Source of the DNA: Tetramitus jugosus
Lineage: Eukaryota > Protista > Heterolobosea
DNA: 64,000 nucleotides
Direction: 5' to 3'
Assembly: GCA_937625935.1 (NCBI GenBank)
Contig: OW569382.1
Location: 1-64,000, forward strand
Below are positions 1 to 10,398 of the stretch, piece by piece (within the stretch, counting starts at the first letter, position 1; each line of letters starts with the position of its first letter). Under the pieces are notes generated by a model that saw nothing but the letters and a program-made list of their open reading frames with translations, was not told the DNA's origin and made no database searches. A program made the position numbers and the translations under genes.

Positions 1-879
1 CCAAACCCAACCCAAACCCAAACCCAAACCCAAACCCAAACCCAAACCCAACCCAAACCCAAACCCAACCCCCAAACCCAAACCCAAACCCAAACCCAAA
101 CCCAAACCCCAAACCCAAACCCAAACCCAAACCCAACCCAAACCCAAACCCAAACCCAAACCCAAACCCAAACCCAAACCCAAACCCAAACCCAAACCCA
201 AACCCAAACCCAAACCCAAACCCAAACCCAAACCCAAACCCAAACCCAAACCCAAACCCAAACCCAAACCCAAACCCAAACCCAAACCCAAACCCAAACC
301 CAAACCCAAACCCAAACCCAAACCCAAACCCAAACCCAAACCCAAACCCAAACCCAAACCCAAACCCAAACCCAAACCCAAACCCAAACCCAAACCCAAA
401 CCCAAACCCAAACCCAAACCCAAACCCAAACCCAAACCCAAACCCAAACCCAAACCCAAACCCAAACCCAAACCCAAACCCAAACCCAAACCCAAACCCA
501 AACCCAAACCCAAACCCAAACCCAAACCCAAACCCAAACCCAAACCCAAACCCAAACCCAAACCCAAACCCAAACCCAAACCCAAACCCAAACCCAAACC
601 CAAACCCAAACCCAAACCCAAACCCAAACCCAAACCCAAACCCAAACCCAAACCCAAACCCAAACCCAAACCCAAACCCAAACCCAAACCCAAACCCAAA
701 CCCAAACCCAAACCCAAACCCAAACCCAAACCCAAACCCAAACCCAAACCCAAACCCAAACCCAAACCCAAACCCAAACCCAAACCCAAACCCAAACCCA
801 AACCCAAACCCAAACCCAAACCCAAACCCAAACCCAAACCCAAACCCAAACCCAAACCCAAACCCAAACCCAAACCCAA
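1..879. repeat. Telomeric repeat array (CCCAAA)n, i.e. TTTGGG on the G-rich strand; left chromosome end
   Basis: Near-perfect hexamer array from base 1 to ~879, C-rich on + as expected for a left end; the few variant units lie in the first ~140 nt. Confidence 0.97.
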
Positions 880-1166
880 GTCAAAATCCATTTTCTCATC
901 ATAATCTCGAAATCATCTCGAAATCCATTTTTATGCAGGAATCCAATGTCAACCATTGTAATCTTGTCTTGTATTCCTTCTTTCTTCATATTACTACACC
1001 TTGGAACATCCAATTATTTACTTGTTGTCTCGCTCCCTCTGCAGAGTGCTCCTGCCGTTGTATTTCAGGTTGACCTCCTTCACAAATCTACTGTCATATA
1101 CATGTAGGTGTTGTATTCCTTCTTAATCCGTTACAATCACTTTCCTCATTGGTCGAAATTCTTTGC

Positions 1167-1362
1167 TGGAGCCAAAAAGCTCCACTGGCCATTGGCCTGA
1201 GAAGAACAGGTGGAGCCAAAAAGCTCCACCAGGAAAACTCTACCTATAAGAACAAAGCTCCACCAACAAAATTAGGCAGAGCCAAAAAGCTCCACCAGAA
1301 AAAAGCTCAATTACACAAGAAAAGTTCCTTAGTAATTTTAGGTGGAGCTTTTTAGCTCCACT
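1167..1362. repeat. Cluster of palindromic GGTGGAGC-N6-GCTCCACC motifs
   Basis: Copies at 1167-1184, 1209-1230 (perfect 8-bp arms, spacer CAAAAA), 1279-1296 and 1341-1362 (spacer TTTTTA, inverted), plus a half site at ~1253-1265. Confidence 0.85.
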
Positions 1363-1501
1363 GGAAACCCAACTTGAAACCCAACTGGTTACATGTACTT
1401 TGCAGAACAGTTCAACAACAACAACATATTTTTTATTGATAAGCTTAGTTTGAGGGTTTCAGAACATGACAAACACGATGCGTACTATTTCATCTAACGA
1501 C

Positions 1502-1565
1502 GGGTTTGGGCTATACAATATTGGTTTGTCTTTATGTCACAACCCAAACCCAAACCCAAACCCAA
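1502..1565. repeat. Interstitial telomeric repeats
   Basis: GGGTTTGGG at 1502-1510 and ~4 CCCAAA units at 1541-1565; further seeds at ~3364-3410 and ~5364-5385. Confidence 0.85.
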
Positions 1566-1959
1566 TGTTTTTTGATTCTTTACAATAGAATAAGTAGATA
1601 ACATGTTGTTCTATTCTGATTCACTTCATGATACTTCTTAACTATTGTTGCCCGCGCTGAATTTCTTCGTCCGCAGATTGGTGTAATCAAGACTTCTGTG
1701 CTGACTTTGAAATGTCTTTATTCAACTATTGAGTCATTTACTTCGTAGTTTGAAGTTTATACATCATGATTCATGTTAATACCTGGTTGATTACTTGTGT
1801 TTTTGGTTCAATACATTCTCGGACTAGTTGAAAGCTGCAGGAGAATGAAACTCTAACCAAGCATAGATTTTATCTTGTAAAGCATAATAGGAGGCTTAAT
1901 AACACTGTCGGTATCAGAGAATCTATGTTCACTTCACTCTTGCACCAATCATGACATAA

Positions 1960-2520
1960 AATTGAGGTTGGGTAAGGGTTTATTAGATGGTTGGATACAG
2001 ATTGAACCTCTGACATGCATTCTCAATGTAAATAACTTCAGAACCAATAGATTACGAACATATATGATAATTAGGACGTAGAAATGCTCTGAATCCTGAA
2101 CAGTCAAAAAGAAAAAAGGTTGGGTAAGGGCTTATACACTGGTTGGAGGAGAAGTCAACCCTAAATGAATTTTTGACATAATTAGTTCGCGATTCAACAG
2201 AGATACAATTGAAGATTCATTGAATGACTACAGAGCTCTCTACGACCTATTCTACCAGATAAAATCAAAAAGTAAAAAAGGGTGGGGTTTGGGTTTATAT
2301 GTTGGCTGGAGGGAAATTGAACCTAAATCTTTTGTTCAACAGAACTGACTTGCGCTCCAATACAAGTGTTATTGAAGGTAAGTTGATTGGCCATAAGGCT
2401 TTCTCATGTTCAACTCCAAAAAATTTGGAGGCCAAAGGTTGGGTTCGGGCTTGTATGCTGGTTGGAGGAGATATCACTCTAAAGTGCAGTCCTTAAGACA
2501 GCACAAGCTCAAAGTTCAGC
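1960..2520. repeat. Degenerate ~155 bp subtelomeric tandem repeat (4 units)
   Basis: GGTTGGGTAAGGG-like seeds followed by (T)GGTTGGA...AACC at 1966, 2118, 2281 and 2437 (spacings 152, 163, 156). Confidence 0.7.
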
Positions 2521-3496
2521 TGGCATACTATTGGAGGCAATAGATAGATCAGAGGTAAGCCAATTCTTTCAACATCTAGTTTAAAACACAAGGTTTTTCA
2601 TACAGAGCTACGTCTTCTGTCATCTCTTTCTGACAACCAAAAACAATTGGAGTAGTGAGCTCTGGAAAAGGTTCTTTAGACTATTAACTTGCTGTGCAAT
2701 AGAAGAAAATTCACTGGAGAGAATCCTGGAGTCATACTAAAGTAAAAACATTGAGCTTGCGTGACCGTATCAACACTTTCCTCTAGTATGTTGTCTTCAA
2801 TTCAAAAGTCTCATTAATCAATTGTTTTAGGCTCATTGTATCTTCGAAAGTAGGTAAGTTGTATGTAGCAGTCACGAGAAAACAACTACTCAATCAGAAA
2901 CAATTCCGATTCAGTTCGAGATAAAAAATGTTCTGATCAGCTAAATCTGATTGAAAAGCGGAGGTGTGTATAACGGAGAGTGATAACAAAGAGTGTATTC
3001 GGCAATGGTTCGTAAGAGTACAGAAGCCTTCATGATTTAGAAGTGATTAACCTCGCTTTCTTGCCCTCATCTATACAAAGCTACAAGTATAGAAAAGGGT
3101 ATAGAGTCCATTGAAAGTGTCTCGCGGTCATTTCAACAAGAATCTGACTGCATTCTTAGGAAAATCTAGAATTGATCAAAAAAAATAGTGAGATTTATCT
3201 TTGGAGCGAGCAGAGGCAGAAAAAAATCAAGAAGTCATGCATTGTTCGCTTGAAGCTCACAAAGCAAAGAAATCTATAATGTTATGCATTGCTCGCTGAT
3301 GCTCGCAAAGCATCCGCTTTTTTTCTATAACGCCTGCGTCTAACGCCGCAGGCAAATTCCTGAGGGTTGGGTTTTGCCAAAAAAAATTTCATAAGCCCAA
3401 ACCCAACCTTTAGTACAAAAAAAAACACCAAAATGCTCCTTTCAAGGAGCTCTTTACTTACAACCCTGCCAGCTAATGCAAGGATAGCTCGTTTAC

Positions 3497-5094
3497 CTAG
3501 TCTCTCCGGTGCAGTGCTTGTTTAACGCCAACCCCCAACCCAGCGTTCACCTCTTGTTCAAATTTTTCAACCAAGTCATTCAATGCCATTGCTTTCTCAA
3601 TTGCAAGTACAGCATTTCGATATTGATCTCGCTTGGTGCGATCTGCTTTGTGTCGTTCTAGTTTTCTCTTGGCATCGATGTATTGGGTCAACTGGTTCAG
3701 TTTGGCGGTTAGATTCTTGGAATGTTCTATTAACAAAGCCTGCCAGTATGTTGTCCAAACATAATTCTTCTTGGACTTGTCATTTGCTACTCTCTCTTTC
3801 AATGAGCTATTGTGCTTCAAAACAAAAGCTTTCATGTCCTTTGGGAGCTTTCTCCAACGTACTGTCGATAGAGTTTCAAGCACTTGTCTTTTTGCTTGTC
3901 TTCTCCTTTTGGGTAGCACAACTTGATCGCTTGATTCACAGCGACTTGGTTGACGAATGGTTGAATCACCAGTGGTGATTGCTATCAGCTCAATCACATC
4001 ACCGATAGGATTGGAAAAGGCGTCCGGATCAAGTAGTGATTGAATGTGTTGGTACTTGGTTTGGGCTGTTACATAACCTTATGTAACATAGAATGGACTT
4101 TACGTCCCTCCATCCCACATGTGTCTTGATGGCGATGTAGTCGCTAGTGTCGACAGAACCCTTGGATCTGATCCCATTGATGATAAATTGGCACACACAT
4201 CCTGATCTCAATGACCTGGGAGTGTATCCCTTTGCTAGATGCTTCGCAGCACTCAATTTCATTGACTTGCTCAATGCATTGTTGTCAACGATTACATTGT
4301 TGTCATTCAAATGAGTGAGCAAAGGCCAAGTCAAACATTCTTGTCTGACTTGGAAGTCGCCTGTCCATATGAGTTGTTGGAAATCATCGCGGGCAAAAAC
4401 ATGCCTTTTGATAGATACCATAAAAGAGCCAGGTTGGGACAAGTGATCATGTTTCCAGTGCCATAGATTGTCTGTTCACGAGGTTCGTGAAGAAGAACTT
4501 TGTCCTTCACGATCGTGAAGATGGACACGGAGGTGTTTCAATTCATTTCCAAACTCTTGTTTTGGATCCCCTCGTCGTGTATCCCGTAGGTGATTGGCTA
4601 AACTATTAGCAAATGTATCGCGCACCGTTTTGTAACTGTAGTTTAGTTCCACTCTCATACTCCACAAAAACAACAAAAAAGTAACTTTCTTGATAGGAGA
4701 AGGTTGTTCCTGATAGCCTTTTAAAGGCCAGTAGAAGCTCAGCAGTCATGGCCAGAGCTTGAATTCGTTCTGTCAACGATTTTGGTTGTTCATTGATGAT
4801 GTGACAGGCTGGAAGATCTTTTGTCCATCTTGTTCAGTGAGAGCAGTCCTCTTGATGAACTTTTGAGTTAATAGATCTATATCATCCAGCAAGTGATCAT
4901 TGATGATGGTATCACCATCCAGAACATTAATTTCCTTGTCAGTCGTCAAAAAACCATCCACAAAGTCAGGATGGTCTTGTTTCTGCAAAATTTTATTGTA
5001 CAAGTTACTGTATCGCTGCTCCATCTTGTTGGTTTTTGTCGGTTGGATGCAACTCAATTCAATCCCAAATCTCTTTGAGGTCATGGTTGGCCAT
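3497..5094 (-). pseudogene. Degenerate tyrosine recombinase (phage-integrase superfamily; DIRS/Crypton/DUF3435-like) with C-terminal basic extension
   Basis: Colinear ORF fragments. Core-binding-like segment PSPIKKVTFLLFLWSMR..YSYKTVRDTF (4476-4770); K and CP-x-x-AL-x-x-YL segment IVKDK...CPNLALLWYL; box II YTPRSLRSG, HVGW and Tyr in ILCYIR (4029-4442). In-frame stops, frameshifts and apparent loss of the box I Arg. Confidence 0.72.
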
Positions 5095-5431
5095 GGCTTT
5101 TAATAGTTTGTCATTAGTCATTATTCATGATTCCAATTGTAGTTCACCGTTCGTCGGAGAGAGTCAGTCCACCGAAAAAGTTCAAATGAATAAAGCTCCG
5201 CAACCTGGAGTTTATGAGCTGACAATGTCAGTCGATTCTCTCATATTTGTTGCTTGTTGTTCTTGTTGTAGGTTTTGTATCCCTTACGCGAAGGAGAAAC
5301 AACCAGGGTCACAACAAAACCAATAACCATCAATTGACTGGGTTCAGGACTACTATAAGTCCTACCCAAACCCAAACCCCAACCCATGCCAACCATGCAA
5401 TAATACCGAACGGTACATAGCGAATCTTGTT

Positions 5432-5683
5432 TTCCCTCCAGACGTGTTTGTCAATTTGCTACATGGTGTCATTGAGCAACACAAGATGCAAAAACGTGTG
5501 ATTATTTAGTCATTTGATGTGAGAACGTTGAAACTCATGAGAGAAAAGTTGTTGGTTGACAAATCAAAGAATTTCCATTTTCAGGACAAGTTGGACGAAT
5601 TGGGGTTCTTGCCAGAGTACTACTCGCCTCCCTATAGTCTAATGACTACTGAGATTGCAGAGTATATGAAGCTAAACAAATGA
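5432..5683 (+). pseudogene. Glycerophosphodiester phosphodiesterase (GDPD) gene fragment
   Basis: Manual translation FPPDVFVNLLHGVIEQHKMQKRVII*SFDVRTL...LDELGFLPEYYSPPYSLMT matches the GDPD pattern RVIIQSFD..LGF.P..YSP.Y; TAG at 5507-5509 replaces Q; not in the ORF track. Confidence 0.65.
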
Positions 5684-6491
5684 GTGCATAATTTTACTTT
5701 TTTCCAGCTTCGAACACTTCAGAGCGGTAGTGATGAGCACGTTAGCTGAGATGCTGGCCATTGTCTTCCATATCCTGATCTACATTGCTAGACAACGAAT
5801 TGTTCATGATATCAGTGTCGAAATAAGCTTCAGTGTCTTCAGAGAGCCTCTTTCTTTTATACATATCACCTGGATGGTAGTGAGCGAAAGTAGCAGGTAA
5901 TGATCTGATCCTCTTCTGTGGATACAATGCTCTCAGAAATGCCTCGTGCCTGCGAGTTCTTCAATATCTTCCAATAGTGAAATATTGTATTTTGCCCTGC
6001 CATAGCACGTGTCTGGAGTGCAACACGAGAACATCATTTGCTCTTCTATCAATGAACCATAGCTGTTTCCGTGAGTTGACAATCATACTCGCTCTGGTTT
6101 ACTGGCTGTGTGTCACTTGCATTGCTTTTTAGCTGAAAAACTTGTTTTTTTATGTGTATCTATTATCACCCTCTGGATTGTTTTTGTTGAATGAGTACCC
6201 ATGTTGAACAAAAGTACTGATGAACTGCCTGTCTTAAAGACACAGGTTTTCTTGCTACGGTACATATGATTGAATGGCGACCACAACAAGATGAGTTGAA
6301 TTGGCTATTCACTTTCGTACGTAATGGAAGTAGGATCCTGGTTTTGCGCAAAATCACATCTTGATGGTGACTAACTTTGTGACTCGATGCACATATGGGA
6401 AAATGAGTCTCATTGTATTCGAGGTTACGTTCAATAATTAGGTTCTTGAACCCTAATTAGGTTTCCACAGATATCAATTGAATGGTGCCTC

Positions 6492-8390
6492 CTATTCATC
6501 ATCAAAATCAGAATCAGTGGAGGTGTCTCCTTTTGCTGGTCCAGATGCAATCATCATCTGTCTGGAAGCAAGATTGAAATAATGACCGTTCTCTATTTTC
6601 ATTAGCTCTGTGTGTGTTCCCTTCTCTCGGAGCTTCCCTTTTTTCATCACACATATTACATCACAGTCAATAACAGTAGAGAGTCTGTGAGCAATGATAA
6701 TACATGTCCTTCCAATCATCAACTTGTCCAGAGCTTCTTGTACAATAGACTCTGATTGAGTATCTAACGCGCTGGTGGCTTCATCCAGCAACATTACTTT
6801 TGGATCTTGAATCATTGCTCTGGCAATAGCGATACGTTGCTTCTGACCACCAGACATGGATACGCCTCGTTCTCCTATAACTGTATTGTATCCATTAGGA
6901 AGTGCAGATATAAATTCATGAGCATTTGCAGCTTTTGCAGCATTGATGAACTCCTCCTCTGTCACGGTTCTTCCACTGTGCTTGACAGCATACAAAATAT
7001 TTTCTCTGATAGTGGTAGCGAATAAGGTAGGCTCCTGTGTCACAATTCCAATGTTACGATGCATCCACCGAGGATCTATCTCTGTAAGATTTGTACTATC
7101 TAACAATATTTCCCCAGATTCAGGCTCGTAGAACTTTTCTAACAGTCCAACAATAGTCGATTTTCCAGATCCTGAAGCACCAACCAAAGCAACTGATTGG
7201 CCAGGAAGAAAAGTGAGATTGAAATCTCTGAGTACACGTAGATTAGGTCTTGTTGGATATGTAAATGAAACATTCTTGAATTCGATATGTCCAACAATCT
7301 TTTCTAAAAACAAACCTCCACTAGGTCTCATTCTTGGAGTTCTTCGTATTACCTTCATCAATGATAACATAGCTTGGTCTGATTTTCCAAAACTAGTTAA
7401 TAAGGTAAGGGACGATGACACACACATAAATCCCAGTAAGAGGTACAGCAATATTTGGAACAAATTTCCAAATGTGATCTTACTCTCAGTTAGCAGCGAA
7501 CCTCCATACCAGAAACCCAATGCTACACAAGCCCAACTGAGGAACATGGAGATACCAATATTTGCACCGTGCAACAAACCCTTTGCAGCAATCCACTTAT
7601 CGCCCTTTTCTAACTCTTGCTGAAACTTCTTCTTCTCTGCCTCTTCTCCATCCATAGATCTCACTGTTCTAATTGCACTCACTACTTCATTAGATATACC
7701 CGCAGCAGAACCAATAACACTATTGATATTCCTCTGAAACAAGCCAACTGATGCACCAGAGACAGTTGCTACCAAGACAAACAAAGGAATAATTGACATC
7801 ATTACCAATGCTATTTTCCATTCCAAAACGAGCGCCATGACAACTGAGAATAATAACTGAACTATCACATTAGCTAACTCTCCTATCTTGGTTGTATAAG
7901 TATCTTGGATCAGTTCCATCGATTCACTTAAATCACTCAATAGCTGTCCCGTTTTTTTCATATCAAAGAAGCCAATCTCTTGATCAAGTAAAGCTGAGAA
8001 GTATGTTTTCTTGAGCTTTGCTCCAATGCGGCCATGAGCAACAGTCATCATCCCATGCCACAGAGTGTATGTGACTAGTGCTCCAATCCCAATCAATGTC
8101 ACCTGTAAAGCAAATGAATTGACCAGACTCGTGACCTTCGCTTTTGCTAAGACGGCCATTGCAGCTGACATAATCTCAGAACCAGTATTCACTCTTGAAG
8201 GATTTGATGCAATGCTATCAAGAACACTGCCAAATACATAAACCACGATGCAGGGAATAATCGCTGCCCCAGCAGCTCCTATCACTCCAAGTAGTATAGG
8301 TATTATTTCTAAACCGATGTACTTCCATGAAATCACGGTTGGTACTCTCTTAGGTTCTCCTACATCTATTATAGTATCTTGCTGACTCAT
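6492..8390 (-). CDS. ABC transporter subfamily B half transporter (TMD-NBD)
   Basis: Multi-pass TM N-half, Walker A GASGSGKS, Q-loop VTQEP, signature MSGGQKQR, Walker B LLDEATSALD, H-loop IAHRL. Confidence 0.95.
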   Translation of the reverse strand: MSQQDTIIDVGEPKRVPTVISWKYIGLEIIPILLGVIGAAGAAIIPCIVVYVFGSVLDSIASNPSRVNTGSEIMSAAMAVLAKAKVTSLVNSFALQVTLIGIGALVTYTLWHGMMTVAHGRIGAKLKKTYFSALLDQEIGFFDMKKTGQLLSDLSESMELIQDTYTTKIGELANVIVQLLFSVVMALVLEWKIALVMMSIIPLFVLVATVSGASVGLFQRNINSVIGSAAGISNEVVSAIRTVRSMDGEEAEKKKFQQELEKGDKWIAAKGLLHGANIGISMFLSWACVALGFWYGGSLLTESKITFGNLFQILLYLLLGFMCVSSSLTLLTSFGKSDQAMLSLMKVIRRTPRMRPSGGLFLEKIVGHIEFKNVSFTYPTRPNLRVLRDFNLTFLPGQSVALVGASGSGKSTIVGLLEKFYEPESGEILLDSTNLTEIDPRWMHRNIGIVTQEPTLFATTIRENILYAVKHSGRTVTEEEFINAAKAANAHEFISALPNGYNTVIGERGVSMSGGQKQRIAIARAMIQDPKVMLLDEATSALDTQSESIVQEALDKLMIGRTCIIIAHRLSTVIDCDVICVMKKGKLREKGTHTELMKIENGHYFNLASRQMMIASGPAKGDTSTDSDFDDE

Positions 8391-8606
8391 CTTCTGGTTA
8401 TCTTTGTTTTGAACTTGGGTTTCATTCGCACGTTTGGGTATTTATGTCATGTTGAGCGGGGTGGACAATAGTAGTGGATGATACGGAAGGAATAATATGG
8501 TGGAGTTCAGAAATCGGACAATACATTTTATTTCCCTCAATGGTCCGCGTATGTGCGCATCATCAGAGCAAAAAACCGATTCGTTTGTTCGCGAAACACG
8601 TCAACC

Positions 8607-10199
8607 ATGGAACAACAACAAGTAGCATCACAACACAGCGTCACACATGAACATGGAATGAGTCAATCCTATTATCTTAAAGCGTGTGTCTCATGTAAAA
8701 CCAAACATCGTGTTTGTGGTCGAGAACTACCGGGTTGTAAGCAATGTAGCATGAAAGGAATCACTTGCTACTACGCTCCTCCAAAGAAGCGTGGTAGACC
8801 TCACAGAGCTCCAGACAGAGTAATGGAAACTCAATCACACGGAACAGAAGTGCAACATACAACAACGCAAAATCATAATGTTTTGAGTCGTGTACTGAGT
8901 ACTTGTTTGGACGAACGTATTAACTATGCACAATGGCTCACAACCAGAGCACTCGTGTTTATTAACATGCAATACAAACCGCTCTTTGCACAATCAGAGT
9001 GCGCCAGAATTGGACAACAGATAGCGATCATATCTCCCTCTGTTGATACAAGTGAGCTTTATAGCCTTACTCAAAGGTTATCCAGAACCGAACTTTGCGA
9101 ACACTCTGTCGCAATGTTTCACAAAGCAAAAGAGGTTGTATTGCATCCAGATGTTTTTCCTTACATTGCATCAAATGCCACGCTTTCATACGTTTGTTTT
9201 GGATTAGCGCTTCATTTAGTAGTAGAGAGGAAACAGATCGTTCCTGAATCTTTATTATTTAGTGCTGCTGCTAAAGTTTTTGTGAAGGCGAATAAGCATT
9301 TAGCGAATGTAGACGTCTCGATGTTACCTGACATTGAAAGATCCAAGGCTTTAGTACATAGGAACAGCATTCTGATTGTGACAATATCATACTATTTTAC
9401 CAAAATCATATACTGTCTCAATTCAGATATTCAAAATTTATCCCTGGAAGATCTGGAGAATGTATTTCATTGGATCCATACGATTTCAAAGTACATCGTA
9501 TTTATGGAGCAAAATGTCTTCTATCGTTCAGTAATGAATCATTTATCAGAAGGAATCAAGAAGTTCTCTACGTTGCAAGGAGTTGCTCGTGTAACAGCTA
9601 TTGTAGAACCACTAGAGGAATTTCTTGTTCACGTTGTCAACAGTTGGTTTAAAGCACCAGAGTCTGCGAGGGTGGTCGTACGAGGATTACAGCTGTTGAC
9701 AATTACTATTGCAATCAAAACCATTCAGGGTTCAGGTGATAAGCTACTGAAGATACTACAATTGAAGCATATTAACCTATTATCGATGCTGCTAACGGAG
9801 AATATTTTCTCAGGTATGCTAGCAACGATCGCGCACCGACTTTGTCTATATGTCTGTGAAATGCATATACAACAGTGTGATCAACTATTATCGAATCCAA
9901 TCTTAGACACAATGATATTTTCAGATATGTTAGCATTTGTACAATCAGATCTTATACTGCTAGATCGTTTAAATAGGTGTGCCCCTTTCCCTCGATATCA
10001 AGAAATACTACAGCAATTGAATTCAAGACTCCTCGTTGTAATCACAGCTATGCAGGAGATGAATAATGTCAAGGAGCAATCAGCGAGTCAAGAAGACAGC
10101 TGTCTTACACGACCGAATGATAATCAAACAAATGCTATTGAGGTTGATAGTGTCACAAGTTGGGATATGGAAGACTTCGACTTCGACTTTGACATTTGA
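8607..10199 (+). CDS. Zn(II)2Cys6 binuclear-cluster transcription factor
   Basis: ACVSCKTKHRVCGRELPGCKQCSMKGITCYY followed by basic PKKRGRP; first ATG at 8607. Confidence 0.88.
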   Translation: MEQQQVASQHSVTHEHGMSQSYYLKACVSCKTKHRVCGRELPGCKQCSMKGITCYYAPPKKRGRPHRAPDRVMETQSHGTEVQHTTTQNHNVLSRVLSTCLDERINYAQWLTTRALVFINMQYKPLFAQSECARIGQQIAIISPSVDTSELYSLTQRLSRTELCEHSVAMFHKAKEVVLHPDVFPYIASNATLSYVCFGLALHLVVERKQIVPESLLFSAAAKVFVKANKHLANVDVSMLPDIERSKALVHRNSILIVTISYYFTKIIYCLNSDIQNLSLEDLENVFHWIHTISKYIVFMEQNVFYRSVMNHLSEGIKKFSTLQGVARVTAIVEPLEEFLVHVVNSWFKAPESARVVVRGLQLLTITIAIKTIQGSGDKLLKILQLKHINLLSMLLTENIFSGMLATIAHRLCLYVCEMHIQQCDQLLSNPILDTMIFSDMLAFVQSDLILLDRLNRCAPFPRYQEILQQLNSRLLVVITAMQEMNNVKEQSASQEDSCLTRPNDNQTNAIEVDSVTSWDMEDFDFDFDI

Positions 10200-10398
10200 G
10201 AGAATTACTGTCCATCACCTGTTTCGAAAAGAATGAAGCATGGTATGTTCAAGAGGAGACTTTAGTGCGACTATCATAGTTGGTTTATGTCTTTGTACGA
10301 CCAAGATTCATAAAACTAAGGTTGAAAACTGAAAGGATCGAACCTGATGAAAGAGTGTCCTCAGGCTGAATCAAAATGTTCAATGGATTCACCGTCAT

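Noticed and set aside
1149-1355. 68-aa ORF with repeated AKKLH
   Set aside because: Translation of the palindromic DNA repeat; non-ATG start and no coding signal.
1167-1362. CRISPR-like array
   Set aside because: Irregular spacing, one inverted copy, no cas genes, eukaryotic context.
2540-3350. Possible additional decayed gene (IGVVSSGKGSL, P-loop-like)
   Set aside because: Too short and stop-ridden to assign by eye.
5700-6400. Short minus-strand ORF fragments
   Set aside because: Possibly pseudogenic, but no recognisable motif.
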